Positions 44,609-54,156 of a stretch of DNA of 63,785 bases are shown here, piece by piece. A program made the translations under genes and the position numbers. Position 1 is the stretch's first letter; the number at the start of each line of letters is the position of its first letter. The notes under the pieces were generated by a model. It did no database searches, was not told the DNA's origin, and saw only the letters and a list, made by a program, of their open reading frames with translations. Source of the DNA: a virus. The stretch is taken from IMG/VR virus record IMGVR_UViG_3300044675_006867; one strand, given 5' to 3'.

Positions 44609-46030
44609 TTACATAGTTTCAATGAGTGTTGAAGATACCTTGGCATTCTTCACAACCCAGCACTTATTTGGAACCTTGACAATTGGAGAACCAAAAAGCA
44701 TAAGTAGGAAGGGCTTAGAGGTTGCAACTTCTGCTAATGGTCTTCTAAAGAAATCAAGGAGTCTTGCAAATTCCATAACACTCTGATCATGCTGTACAAA
44801 CACAAGCTTAGAGCTATTTGGAAGGTTACCATTGAAATCATTATAAACGGTAGCACCACCAGAGGTAGCAGCAATTTCATCAATAAGAACAGCGGTATCA
44901 GCAGAAGCGTCAACCTCGGTTCTATAAATCTTGAAATATACAGCATCGGCTTGTTGTGCAATGGTCAAAACAACCTTATCACCTGCAGCAACAGCGGTAG
45001 AAGCTGAAGTAACAGCTTGTGAGAAGCCATTGTTATTGCAAGCGACGACCTTATAGAAGTAGTTACCAGCATCAGAAGCACCGAATTGACTTGCGGAATC
45101 AGCAGGGGTAGTGATTGAGGAAATCACAGGGGTAGCACTTGCGCCAGTGGTACCAGAACCCGCGGTAGGTGCATTATAGCTATTAAATAGGAATGGTGCA
45201 CTTACAACAGGAACAGGCCCAACAGGCCCCATAATATTGATTTGCTGAGTAGCGCCATAGGTAATTGCGCCGTCATTCTTAGAAATGCTCAATTGATCAT
45301 GTCTACCCCATTGAACAGCAAACTTGATAAGCTCAGCATGAATTCTTGGCTCAACATAAATAGCATCAGGACGACCGAAGCGGGGGGCGCCATATAGCTT
45401 ACCGAGGATTTCTTGAAGGAGTCTTGGGGTTGGACTCTTACCGCGTGCATCAAAAACATTTGAGCCGTTATTGTGGGCTTCAATTTGTTGAATGATACCG
45501 TCAAAGAAAATAGGATTGGTGCTTTCCTTAGCATGGAAAATTGAGCGTTCGAGCTTCTGGAGTAAACGCATTGTACCGCGTTCGGTTTCTAAAGCGATTG
45601 CATTTGAATCAGAGCCGATTAATCCCACTAGTGTACCAACATCGGTTACTTCTCTTCTTTCAGCTAGATACTTAACACGAATTGATTTTCTCTCATATTC
45701 GGATTTGTTAGTAACGCCCGCGGAGCCTTCAGTAATAAATGGGTCTAAATCCATACCGTGATCTTTGATAACAGCATACTCATGAATAGTATTAGTTACA
45801 TTGACCTTGGGGATTTTAGGCCATAAAGCAAGCTCTTTGAGGGTATAGGTAGCACTAGAAAGCATATTCTCAATGCTTTGTGGTACCAAAGGAGATAAGG
45901 AACCAGCATCCGCACCACTTGTAACAGCGGGGGTTTGGTATCCAACGGTAGCACTCTTACGGAGTGCATCATTTAAACCTGCTAATTCGGCTTGTGAAAC
46001 AAAGCTATTGGCTTGTGGTAAATTAAACAT
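44609..46030 (-). CDS. Major capsid protein
   Basis: 473 aa, directly after the scaffold gene and followed by stem-loops. The call rests on position and size. Confidence 0.6.
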   Translation of the reverse strand: MFNLPQANSFVSQAELAGLNDALRKSATVGYQTPAVTSGADAGSLSPLVPQSIENMLSSATYTLKELALWPKIPKVNVTNTIHEYAVIKDHGMDLDPFITEGSAGVTNKSEYERKSIRVKYLAERREVTDVGTLVGLIGSDSNAIALETERGTMRLLQKLERSIFHAKESTNPIFFDGIIQQIEAHNNGSNVFDARGKSPTPRLLQEILGKLYGAPRFGRPDAIYVEPRIHAELIKFAVQWGRHDQLSISKNDGAITYGATQQINIMGPVGPVPVVSAPFLFNSYNAPTAGSGTTGASATPVISSITTPADSASQFGASDAGNYFYKVVACNNNGFSQAVTSASTAVAAGDKVVLTIAQQADAVYFKIYRTEVDASADTAVLIDEIAATSGGATVYNDFNGNLPNSSKLVFVQHDQSVMEFARLLDFFRRPLAEVATSKPFLLMLFGSPIVKVPNKCWVVKNAKVSSTLIETM

Positions 46031-46045
46031 GTATATATGCTCCTA

Positions 46046-46741
46046 TTATTTAATTTCGATTTCGTAATCTTTGGCGACCTGGAGGGCATCAACGCCACTC
46101 TCAAGCTTGGCAATCGCTGTGACTAGCTGACCCTTGCGTACAAAGTCCACCTTGTCATCCTTTAGCATGTTCATTGCCTTGTTGATAACATCCCCTCTTG
46201 TAACGCTTACTTTAGCTTGCTGTTGAGCGTATGGGACATCATTAAATTGAAGAACGGCTTTTGGAGGTACTGGGGATAATAAAGCTTTGTTAATGCTCTT
46301 TTCCATCTCTTGAACCTTGCCGTCAACCTTCTTCATACTTTGCATTTCTTTTAAACAAGCATCTAAGGCCTTCATCATTGCCTTATATTGCTTATCCATA
46401 GTATCAAGAATAGCATCAGTGCCTTTAGCCATAGCTTCCATAGCCTTGTGCATGCTCTTTTCGTCTTCGTCTTCGTCTTCGTACTCAGATTGTTCAAATA
46501 GCATATCCTCAGAGCTGGAGCCGTCTTCTTCATCCTCTTCCTCTTGCTTCATAGCTTTCTTTGAGCCTTTAGCCTTGGATAAGGTTTCGTCTTCATTTAG
46601 CTTCATAGCCTTGGATAGATCATTGATAGCGTCATTCAAGGCGTCTAATTCAACGGAATCAGAGCTAAAGCCATCAGCCAACTTTTGGGCGTCTTCTTGT
46701 GTGAGCCCCTTGTTTAACAAATGCTTGATTAAATCACTCAT
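46046..46741 (-). CDS. Scaffolding protein
   Basis: 231 aa, highly acidic and helical (EEEDEEDGSSSEDMLFEQSEYEDEDEDE), immediately upstream of the capsid gene. Confidence 0.65.
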   Translation of the reverse strand: MSDLIKHLLNKGLTQEDAQKLADGFSSDSVELDALNDAINDLSKAMKLNEDETLSKAKGSKKAMKQEEEDEEDGSSSEDMLFEQSEYEDEDEDEKSMHKAMEAMAKGTDAILDTMDKQYKAMMKALDACLKEMQSMKKVDGKVQEMEKSINKALLSPVPPKAVLQFNDVPYAQQQAKVSVTRGDVINKAMNMLKDDKVDFVRKGQLVTAIAKLESGVDALQVAKDYEIEIK

Positions 46742-46835
46742 ATAAAACTCCTTATATTTTTCATTTGAAACAAAATAGAACCTTTTTTCAACATTTACAC
46801 AAATTTTTTACTTGATTTCACGCGATTTTTACTTT

Positions 46836-48194
46836 TTAAATAATGGGCATCTGAGATAGTGGCTTTTCAAAACGATAATACGATATTCCCTTGCCCCCTT
46901 CCTTCTTCTGTGCAAATACAAAGCCCAGGCGTCTTAATCTATCTTTGTCCTCAAATCTACCTTCTACATACAATCTTAGATTATCTGCATCCTTCCCCTC
47001 TATTTCCTCATCAGAAAGCTCTGTGCCTACCTTGTCTTGCTCAAATACATACGAATCATAGCCTAGATATGTACCACCATTAGACTGAGCAACAAGCCTC
47101 TTTTGATCGTCTGTCAATGAAGTAGCTTCTGTCTCTTTAAGCTTGTCATTGCTGAGGTTTTCTTTGATAAAGCTGGTTGCCCCCTGCTTTGTGTTATTCA
47201 ATACATGAATAGGCAAGGAATATGTGACCATTCCCCTATCAAATGTTAAAATGTCAAATCTTTCAAGTCCAGCATCCTTAAGAGCGGGCTTCAAAACATC
47301 ATCCCACCTTGCTTTCTCTCTCTTATCCCATTTCTTATTTACTACCACTGTAAAGCCCTTTGAAGCTTCCTTAGAATCTGCTTCTATTGCATCTAAGAAG
47401 CCTTCTAAGCCACGATATTCTATTGCTCCGCTATCAGATACAAGATTGTCATTGATAAGATCGGTTTTTAGGTCTGTCATTGTTTCTTTAGCATTACTAT
47501 GTGCAAATCTGTTTAAGTCTGTTAAAATATCATAATACTCAAAAGGCACATGTAGCCCTGGTTCCCCTATTGTTTTAAAGTCACTCATATCTGCTGCAGC
47601 CTTATTAAGTTCTTTTAGCTTAGATACACGCGCAACAATTTTATTTAAGGTTTCTTCTTTAGGTGAAGTGGTTTGCTCCTTTGGTTCTTCTTGCTTCTTT
47701 GGTTCTTCTTGCTTCTTTGATTCAGCAAATTTCAGTTTGTCCACCTGTGCTTGTAGTTTATCAAGTGTTTCTTGTTTAACCTTTGCCCCGCGTTCCTTCA
47801 TTTGCTGGAAGTTTGCTAATTGCTTGCTTGCCTTTTGTTTAGCTTGCTTTAGTGCTTCTCTATGCTCATGATGAACTAGCTTTTGAAAGGCTTCCTTAGT
47901 ATAAACATGCTCAGTTCCCTTCTTAGCACCATCATCATGCTTAACGGTAATCATATCCCCATCAACCTTGATAATGTGTGCATGGTACTTGTTTTCACCA
48001 GAACTAAATACAAAGCTTGCACCTTCCACAAGTTCGGATTCATGAGCTAGTCCTTTACCATGTCCTTCTTGTCCTTGATAGAAATATCTGTACTTGGTAC
48101 CCCCTGTATTGGTTGCACCCACTGGGATTCTTCTCACATATTTGTGAGTCCTTGCTTTGATCAGGTCAAGGATTACTGAGTAAAATGAAAACAT
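46836..48194 (-). CDS. Head-module paralog P1: shared N-terminal module plus a unique C-terminus
   Basis: The N-terminus (MFSFYSVILDLIKARTHKYVRRIPVGATNTGGTKYRYFYQGQEGHGKGLAHESELVEGASFVF...) is shared with P2-P4. Confidence 0.8.
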   Translation of the reverse strand: MFSFYSVILDLIKARTHKYVRRIPVGATNTGGTKYRYFYQGQEGHGKGLAHESELVEGASFVFSSGENKYHAHIIKVDGDMITVKHDDGAKKGTEHVYTKEAFQKLVHHEHREALKQAKQKASKQLANFQQMKERGAKVKQETLDKLQAQVDKLKFAESKKQEEPKKQEEPKEQTTSPKEETLNKIVARVSKLKELNKAAADMSDFKTIGEPGLHVPFEYYDILTDLNRFAHSNAKETMTDLKTDLINDNLVSDSGAIEYRGLEGFLDAIEADSKEASKGFTVVVNKKWDKREKARWDDVLKPALKDAGLERFDILTFDRGMVTYSLPIHVLNNTKQGATSFIKENLSNDKLKETEATSLTDDQKRLVAQSNGGTYLGYDSYVFEQDKVGTELSDEEIEGKDADNLRLYVEGRFEDKDRLRRLGFVFAQKKEGGKGISYYRFEKPLSQMPII

Positions 48195-48249
48195 GGTTCT
48201 CCTATTTCTGCTTTCAATATTGTTGTATAGTTGGTTGGGGATATCGTTT

Positions 48250-49518
48250 TTACTCTGTCACATGAAAAATTGTGGTTTTAGCAGAACTGTTTTCTTCCTC
48301 GAATATAAAAAGTCTGCTTGAAAAAGCAGAGTCCATTGACCAAGTGCTTGCGTATGGTAAGAACATTGATAATGCACTAGGAGAAATACTAAGTTTCTGT
48401 TGTTCGGGGTTTTCTGATAACTTTACAGGCTTCCCCCACCTTCCTTTATATGGTACAGTATCAAAAAGTATAGGTTCCTCTTCTTTTTGTGTATTTCTAA
48501 AATAAATGCTTATTTTACCATCTTTGGGATACATAATATCAATTTTTGTATTATCTGCATTATCTCCAAGAGCGTTTATAGACTCCTGCAATTTGTCTTT
48601 TAGAGTACTTGTTAAATCTATTATTATTGAAGAACCAAGCCTGTTGGTTCGTATCTGTTCATAATTCCTAAAAAACTGATCTAATCCATATACATCTCTC
48701 TTCATTGATTCTTCTGTAAATAGTTGTCTAGTAATCTCTATTTTATCACACTTCTTATCCTCTGCAATTTTCTTGGTATACGCATCGGACAAATAGACTG
48801 GTTCATCACGTAGCTCAAATCCTAACGTCATGTTCTCAGGATATGATAAGAGAACGGCTGTTTTCTCTGTTTGCACTAAAAAGGTGCCTGTGCCTTTCAC
48901 GAGGACATGATTAAACTCTTTTCCCGTCTGTGTCCCATTCTTTAATACTTTACGTAAAAAAGACATTATTTTATTTGCAGGTTGCAAAGCAAGGGGGGTG
49001 CTTTTTACATGTACTTTTTTTGTATTAGTTTTTTTGGGGGTTCCTGTTGAAGCATCAAGATTCTTTACTCTTTGTTCTAGCTTATCTAGTGTTTCTTGTT
49101 TAACCTTTGCCCCGAGTTCCTTCATTTGCTGGAAGTCTGCTAATTGCTTGCTTGCCTTTTGTTTAGCTTGTGCTAGTGCTTCTCTATGTTCGTGATGAAC
49201 CAGCTTTTGAAAGGCTTCCTTAGTATAAACATGCTCAGTTCCCTTCTTAGCACCATCATCATGTTTAACGGTGATCGTATTACCGTCAACCTTGGTAATA
49301 TGTGCATGGTACTTGTTTTCACCTTCACCAAAAACAAAACTTGCACCTTCAACAAGTTCGGATTCATGAGCTAGTCCTTTACCATGTCCTTCTTGTCCTT
49401 GATAGAAATATCTGTACTTGGTACCCCCTGTATTGGTTGTACCCACTGGAATTCTTCTCACATATTTGTGAGTCCTTGCTTTGATCAGGTCAAGGATTAC
49501 TGAGTAAAATGAAAACAT
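48250..49518 (-). CDS. Head-module paralog P2: shared N-terminal module plus a unique C-terminus
   Basis: Same first ~140 aa as P1. The MFSFYS ATG at 49518 has the same GAAATAGGAGAACC leader as P1. Confidence 0.8.
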   Translation of the reverse strand: MFSFYSVILDLIKARTHKYVRRIPVGTTNTGGTKYRYFYQGQEGHGKGLAHESELVEGASFVFGEGENKYHAHITKVDGNTITVKHDDGAKKGTEHVYTKEAFQKLVHHEHREALAQAKQKASKQLADFQQMKELGAKVKQETLDKLEQRVKNLDASTGTPKKTNTKKVHVKSTPLALQPANKIMSFLRKVLKNGTQTGKEFNHVLVKGTGTFLVQTEKTAVLLSYPENMTLGFELRDEPVYLSDAYTKKIAEDKKCDKIEITRQLFTEESMKRDVYGLDQFFRNYEQIRTNRLGSSIIIDLTSTLKDKLQESINALGDNADNTKIDIMYPKDGKISIYFRNTQKEEEPILFDTVPYKGRWGKPVKLSENPEQQKLSISPSALSMFLPYASTWSMDSAFSSRLFIFEEENSSAKTTIFHVTE

Positions 49519-49525
49519 GGTTCTC

Positions 49526-50533
49526 CTATTTCTTGCTTTCTTTAGTCTTAGCTGCACGCATTAACAAGGAAACCATTTTATCGAGTTCCTCATTTGAGTA
49601 GCTACTGAATTGCTTTTTAACAAGCTCTTTGATTTGTTGCTTACTAATCATCTTTTTGTCTTTCTTTTGTTGTCCATAGGAAGCATTTGATAGCTTTTGT
49701 TCAAGTGATTGTTCGACTAGTGCACTTTGTGAGGCATCAGCATCAGCAATAGCTGGTTCTTGGTATCCAACATTAGCCCCCATTGATCTTGCAATCACCT
49801 CTAAATTTGTATTTGGGTTTACTGGTGCATTTGTAATTGCCACATGAAGCACCTGCGCCTTTAATACCTTCTTTTTATCCGAAGGATCACGAAGGAGAAC
49901 ACGCCCCTCAATAGAAAAGCCAAGGGAACGATTAGCCCCCGCCTTCTTAATTGCTAAAGCGGTTTCATAGCACTCTCTAGCTAAGGGCTTATCTAGATAC
50001 AAAACGCCCTCTACTCGTGTTCTATTGTCATCTATGCGCTCAATCTTGGTTGGATTCCCTAGCACGGCTTCTGGGCCTGGTCTATGCTCATGATTGAACC
50101 AACCATGCTTTAGAAAATAATCCCAATCTAGCCCGTCTTGGCTGATTCGTTCCCCCTCAAAATCCATGTCATCAGTGGACACGATACCAGCAATTTTACC
50201 CTCACCACCAAGGGAATCATTTCCATTAGGATCATCCCCAGGCACCGCCCCCTTTTCTAGTGTGTCAATAGGAATCCATTTAGCAAAGAAGCCCTTATCA
50301 ATAGCCTCTTCAATGGTTGCTTTGAAATCATGCTCCTTTAACCACTTCTCAAATTCACTAGGGCTAAATTTAGCCTTGTCCGCTCTGATGCTTTGAATCT
50401 CTGATGATCCATCCGCTTTAATCCCTAAAATGGTTGATAAGCCCATTGGGAAGCCCTTTGGCGTATAGCGTCTAAATTCCTTGTATTCGCTAGGTTCTGT
50501 TTGTCTAGCTGCATGTTCATTTTGAAAAGGCAT
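49526..50533 (-). CDS. Prohead protease
   Basis: The NEHAARQ N-terminal motif, then IAGIVSTDDMDFEGERISQDGL...HGWFNHEH, resembling prohead serine protease patterns. Position also supports the call. Confidence 0.6.
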   Translation of the reverse strand: MPFQNEHAARQTEPSEYKEFRRYTPKGFPMGLSTILGIKADGSSEIQSIRADKAKFSPSEFEKWLKEHDFKATIEEAIDKGFFAKWIPIDTLEKGAVPGDDPNGNDSLGGEGKIAGIVSTDDMDFEGERISQDGLDWDYFLKHGWFNHEHRPGPEAVLGNPTKIERIDDNRTRVEGVLYLDKPLARECYETALAIKKAGANRSLGFSIEGRVLLRDPSDKKKVLKAQVLHVAITNAPVNPNTNLEVIARSMGANVGYQEPAIADADASQSALVEQSLEQKLSNASYGQQKKDKKMISKQQIKELVKKQFSSYSNEELDKMVSLLMRAAKTKESKK

Positions 50534-50598
50534 ATTTGTTGCTCCTGTCTTATGTTTATAATTGATTATATGGACTATTTAACATTGTTTCATTTTTT
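50531..50598 (-). promoter_or_regulatory. 68-nt duplicated leader/promoter, copy 1 (upstream of the protease)
   Basis: Identical to 52593-52660 apart from one base. The minus strand reads AAAAAATGAAACAATGTTAAATAGTCCATATAATCAA.TATAAACATAAGACAGGAGCAACAAATATG and contains TATAAT. Confidence 0.6.
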
Positions 50599-50678
50599 GT
50601 GAAAATTATTGTTCTGTCTAAGCTTTGAGCAACCACTTTGTATATGTCATGAATATGACTCAAAGCAATATACATATA

Positions 50679-52595
50679 CTATTTATGTCTTTTTACATGC
50701 TGGATTAGATTATCAAGTGCTTCTTCTAGTGTGTGATCTTTGGCATAGTTAATCTCATGCCCCCAAAAATTATCTATATCTTGATCTATCTGATGAAAAT
50801 CACTCTCATCTGCCCAATCTGTATTATATATGACATTCTTAAAAATTTGAGCGGTTATCAATTCTTTTAATAAAGACTCCTTTGATCTGAGATCATATCG
50901 CCCAGGATATGAAAAAGGTTCTTTTATGTACGCTGATGAAACATCATTTTTGTTGGGATATGCTTGTTTGTAGGATGCCAATAAGCTTTGTGCATTCGTT
51001 TTTATTTGTTGCAATGTCTCCAGAATGTCTTTTTGTGTCTTCATTAGCCCAGTGATATTTGATAATCCATCGTTCAATTTTTCACTTGTCATTTTTTTAT
51101 CGGCACCTGTGATTGCTCCTAGTATTTTTTTAATCTGTTGCTTATTCTGTGTGTTGTTTTGTGCCTGTGTGTTTTGAGGTATCTTATTCGTATTTTCTTG
51201 TTTTACAGAATCTTGCAGGGTGCCGTCTAAGTTATTCCTTAATTTATTTAGTCCATCAGAATCAAATAATTTGTCCAGCGACTCTGTGTCTTGTAAAATA
51301 GGCATATTTTCAAAGGTGATTTCTTTGTCTTCAGGAAACCTTTTTAAATGTTCTCTGACGGCATCAATATTCAGAGGTGTAATAATAGGTTCTTTATCTA
51401 CGCGTCTATTTATTTGATCTTTTAAAATGTCACTAATATTTGGAATATTTGCAAATTTAACGCCGTTGCTTGTTGCTAAATAGAAGGCTATTACTTCATC
51501 TGCATTTTTTCTATAAATAACAGATGGTATTTGCTGAATGAGTTCAGCTGTAGTACTAGTACCTATTCTTATAGAACGAGGATTTTTTATAAATTGTTGC
51601 ATATCCTCTGATATTTTGAAGGGGCTTGCTTGTTCTGTTTGTTCTTGCTTTTTTGTGCGCGTATAGGCACTTTTAGCTTTGTCAATATCCCGCTGTGTTA
51701 TTTCTGTTTGTGTGTCTTTAATTGAAGATATTGTGTGATCAATCCAATCTTTGAACCCTTTTCGTATGCCTGATATTTGTAAGTTATCTTTTTGAATAAG
51801 CGGAATATCGGATCGAATACCTTGAAAGTTACGCTTTGCAAGACTAAGAATTAAATCATTTCTTGAATTAAGTAAAGTAGCAAGCATGCCATATTCTTTA
51901 TATAGGTCTTGATTGGTTACTGATTTATCCAGTGTATCTAAAATATCTTGTGAGTGGTCTTTGTACATCTGAAGAAAAGATAGTGTTTTATCCTTAGTAT
52001 CAAGTGTTGTAGCAAGTTTGCTTAGTGCATCATTGGCGTCTTGCACTTCTGTATATGTTTTAAGCTTTCCCTTTTCAAATGATGAAAATATTTCTTTAGC
52101 ATCGCCTTCTCTTTTTGTTATTGGCGCCTCGAGTGTCTTTACTCTTTGTTCTAGCTTATTAAGTGTTTCTTGCTTAACCTTTGCCCCGCGTTCCTTCATT
52201 TGCTGGAACTCTGATAATTGCTTGCTTGCCTTTTGTCTAGCTTGCTCTAATGCCTTTCTATGTTCAAAATGAACCAGCTTTTGAAAGGCTTCCTTAGTAT
52301 AAACATGCTCAGTTCCCTTCTTAGCACCATCATCATGCTTAACGGTAATCATATCCCCGTCAACCTTGATAATGTGCGCATGGTACTTGTTTTGACCTTC
52401 TGCATTAAATACAAAGCTTGCACCTACCAGAAGTTCGGATTCATGAGCTAGTCCTTTACCATGTCCTTCTTGTCCATGATAGAAATATCTGTACTTGGTT
52501 GCCCCTGTCGTGGTTGCTCCTACTGGAATTCTTCTCACATATTTATGAGTCCTTGCTTTGATCAGGTCAAGGATTACTGAGTAAAATGAAAACAT
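50679..52595 (-). CDS. Head-module paralog P3: shared N-terminal module plus a unique 490-aa C-terminus
   Basis: Same N-terminal module. The C-terminus includes a Q/N-rich tract (NTQAQNNTQNKQQ). Confidence 0.8.
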   Translation of the reverse strand: MFSFYSVILDLIKARTHKYVRRIPVGATTTGATKYRYFYHGQEGHGKGLAHESELLVGASFVFNAEGQNKYHAHIIKVDGDMITVKHDDGAKKGTEHVYTKEAFQKLVHFEHRKALEQARQKASKQLSEFQQMKERGAKVKQETLNKLEQRVKTLEAPITKREGDAKEIFSSFEKGKLKTYTEVQDANDALSKLATTLDTKDKTLSFLQMYKDHSQDILDTLDKSVTNQDLYKEYGMLATLLNSRNDLILSLAKRNFQGIRSDIPLIQKDNLQISGIRKGFKDWIDHTISSIKDTQTEITQRDIDKAKSAYTRTKKQEQTEQASPFKISEDMQQFIKNPRSIRIGTSTTAELIQQIPSVIYRKNADEVIAFYLATSNGVKFANIPNISDILKDQINRRVDKEPIITPLNIDAVREHLKRFPEDKEITFENMPILQDTESLDKLFDSDGLNKLRNNLDGTLQDSVKQENTNKIPQNTQAQNNTQNKQQIKKILGAITGADKKMTSEKLNDGLSNITGLMKTQKDILETLQQIKTNAQSLLASYKQAYPNKNDVSSAYIKEPFSYPGRYDLRSKESLLKELITAQIFKNVIYNTDWADESDFHQIDQDIDNFWGHEINYAKDHTLEEALDNLIQHVKRHK

Positions 52596-52660
52596 ATTTG
52601 TTGCTCCTGTCTTATGTTTATAGTTGATTATATGGACTATTTAACATTGTTTCATTTTTT
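52593..52660 (-). promoter_or_regulatory. 68-nt duplicated leader/promoter, copy 2 (upstream of P3)
   Basis: See 50531-50598. It overlaps the 3' end of the MuF-like gene. Confidence 0.6.
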
Positions 52661-54100
52661 ACTATCTAAATACTCTCGCCAAAGGTCTTTATCGGCTGTG
52701 CTTCTTGTTTTACCCCCAGTTAAAAAGCTATATACCCTTGCTCTAGCCCATGCTACTTGTGTTGCCCCTGGTCTATGTCCCACGCTCCAAGCCTCAGCCC
52801 CTCTTTTGTGAACCTGATTTAAAATGCGCTTTGGTACGCCTGTTAGCTTAGAAGCCACGCTTATAAATTCCTCTGTGCTATTGCCCTTTAGCTCCTCTCG
52901 TACCCTGCTTGCAAGCTGAGTTCTTGTATACTTAGAGGGCTTTGTTTTAGCGTCTTTATCCCCGTGCATGGGCTCATAGCTTCTTTTCTTGTCTGCGCTC
53001 TTTACTCGTTCTTGTATTTCCTTTGCCCTCTTTGCCTTGTCCTCATCAGATAGCCCACTTAGATATTTACGAGGTATCTTGATAGCCTTGGATACCTGAG
53101 CTTCTATACGCTTCATATTGCCCATTCTAGTAACATAAAAGCCCCTTGGTACTGGCAAGGTGTCACATTTACAATTAGGATGAATAGGGAATAATGTAGC
53201 CTTGTATTCTTGCTTTTTCCTTCCTACATTTACCCCATTATCAATTAACTGATTTGGCTCAAATAATACGAGGTTCCCATCAGCACCAACAAACAATGAA
53301 ATACATGATTCACAAGCGTTTGTTTCAGGTACACGAGCAATCAATGAATCAAATTCAATAGCGTTTAATAGTCTTCCCTCATTATGCGCGGCCTGTAGCT
53401 CCGTTTGTGCTATCCTTTGCCAATTCCTTGAATAATCCTTGGTTATATCAGCAAGCCTTCCCGCCAATGTCTTTGTGTCCCTATTCCCCATGATCTCATT
53501 AGCGGTTTCTTGCTTAATCGTATCTAGCATGAATTGCCTTTGTGCCTCATTTACCTCTTGCGTTATCTGTGTTCCCTTCCAGCCCTCCGCGATTGCATCA
53601 TTTATATCCTCTCCTACTTGATTCCCTAGCCCCCTTGCATATATGCCCGCTCTTTCAATTGATGCCTTATATGAAGCCTTTTCACTAGGTGACATCCAAG
53701 CAGGTAAATTTGATGGTGACTCCAGCGGGTCAATTATGCCCGTTGGGCTAGGCTTGCTTACCATGCTAGAAGACACTTGCCCGCCCTGTCCTACAAAGCT
53801 CTTCATCTCCTCTTTTACAGGGGCTAGCCAATCGCTTAAGCTCCAATCTCTCATTTTCATCCGTGTACTATTATCAGCCCTATCCATGATTCGACCAAGC
53901 ACCACTAAGAAGGCATATGGATCAAGTCCAGCCACCTCTAAGCCTGGTTCATCAAGTGTAATCAGCTTCTCATCGTACAATTCCTTGATTCTCTCAGCAC
54001 TTAGCCCACAATTTGAAATACCTAGGAACTGGATTAAAAAGATATCATGCTGATCCTGTACCGTTTTACTTGCTTGCTTTATTAATTCGCTTCTTAGCAT
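52652..54100 (-). CDS. Head morphogenesis protein (Mu F / SPP1 gp7-like)
   Basis: RIAQTELQAAHNEGRL and IHPNCKCD match the MuF-family signatures (rTE...a.n.g; HpnC.C). Confidence 0.75.
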   Translation of the reverse strand: MLRSELIKQASKTVQDQHDIFLIQFLGISNCGLSAERIKELYDEKLITLDEPGLEVAGLDPYAFLVVLGRIMDRADNSTRMKMRDWSLSDWLAPVKEEMKSFVGQGGQVSSSMVSKPSPTGIIDPLESPSNLPAWMSPSEKASYKASIERAGIYARGLGNQVGEDINDAIAEGWKGTQITQEVNEAQRQFMLDTIKQETANEIMGNRDTKTLAGRLADITKDYSRNWQRIAQTELQAAHNEGRLLNAIEFDSLIARVPETNACESCISLFVGADGNLVLFEPNQLIDNGVNVGRKKQEYKATLFPIHPNCKCDTLPVPRGFYVTRMGNMKRIEAQVSKAIKIPRKYLSGLSDEDKAKRAKEIQERVKSADKKRSYEPMHGDKDAKTKPSKYTRTQLASRVREELKGNSTEEFISVASKLTGVPKRILNQVHKRGAEAWSVGHRPGATQVAWARARVYSFLTGGKTRSTADKDLWREYLDSKK

Positions 54101-54156
54101 TTTGTCTACTCCTGTTTTGATAAGAGTAGCATATTTACTTTTATTTTACTTTGTTC

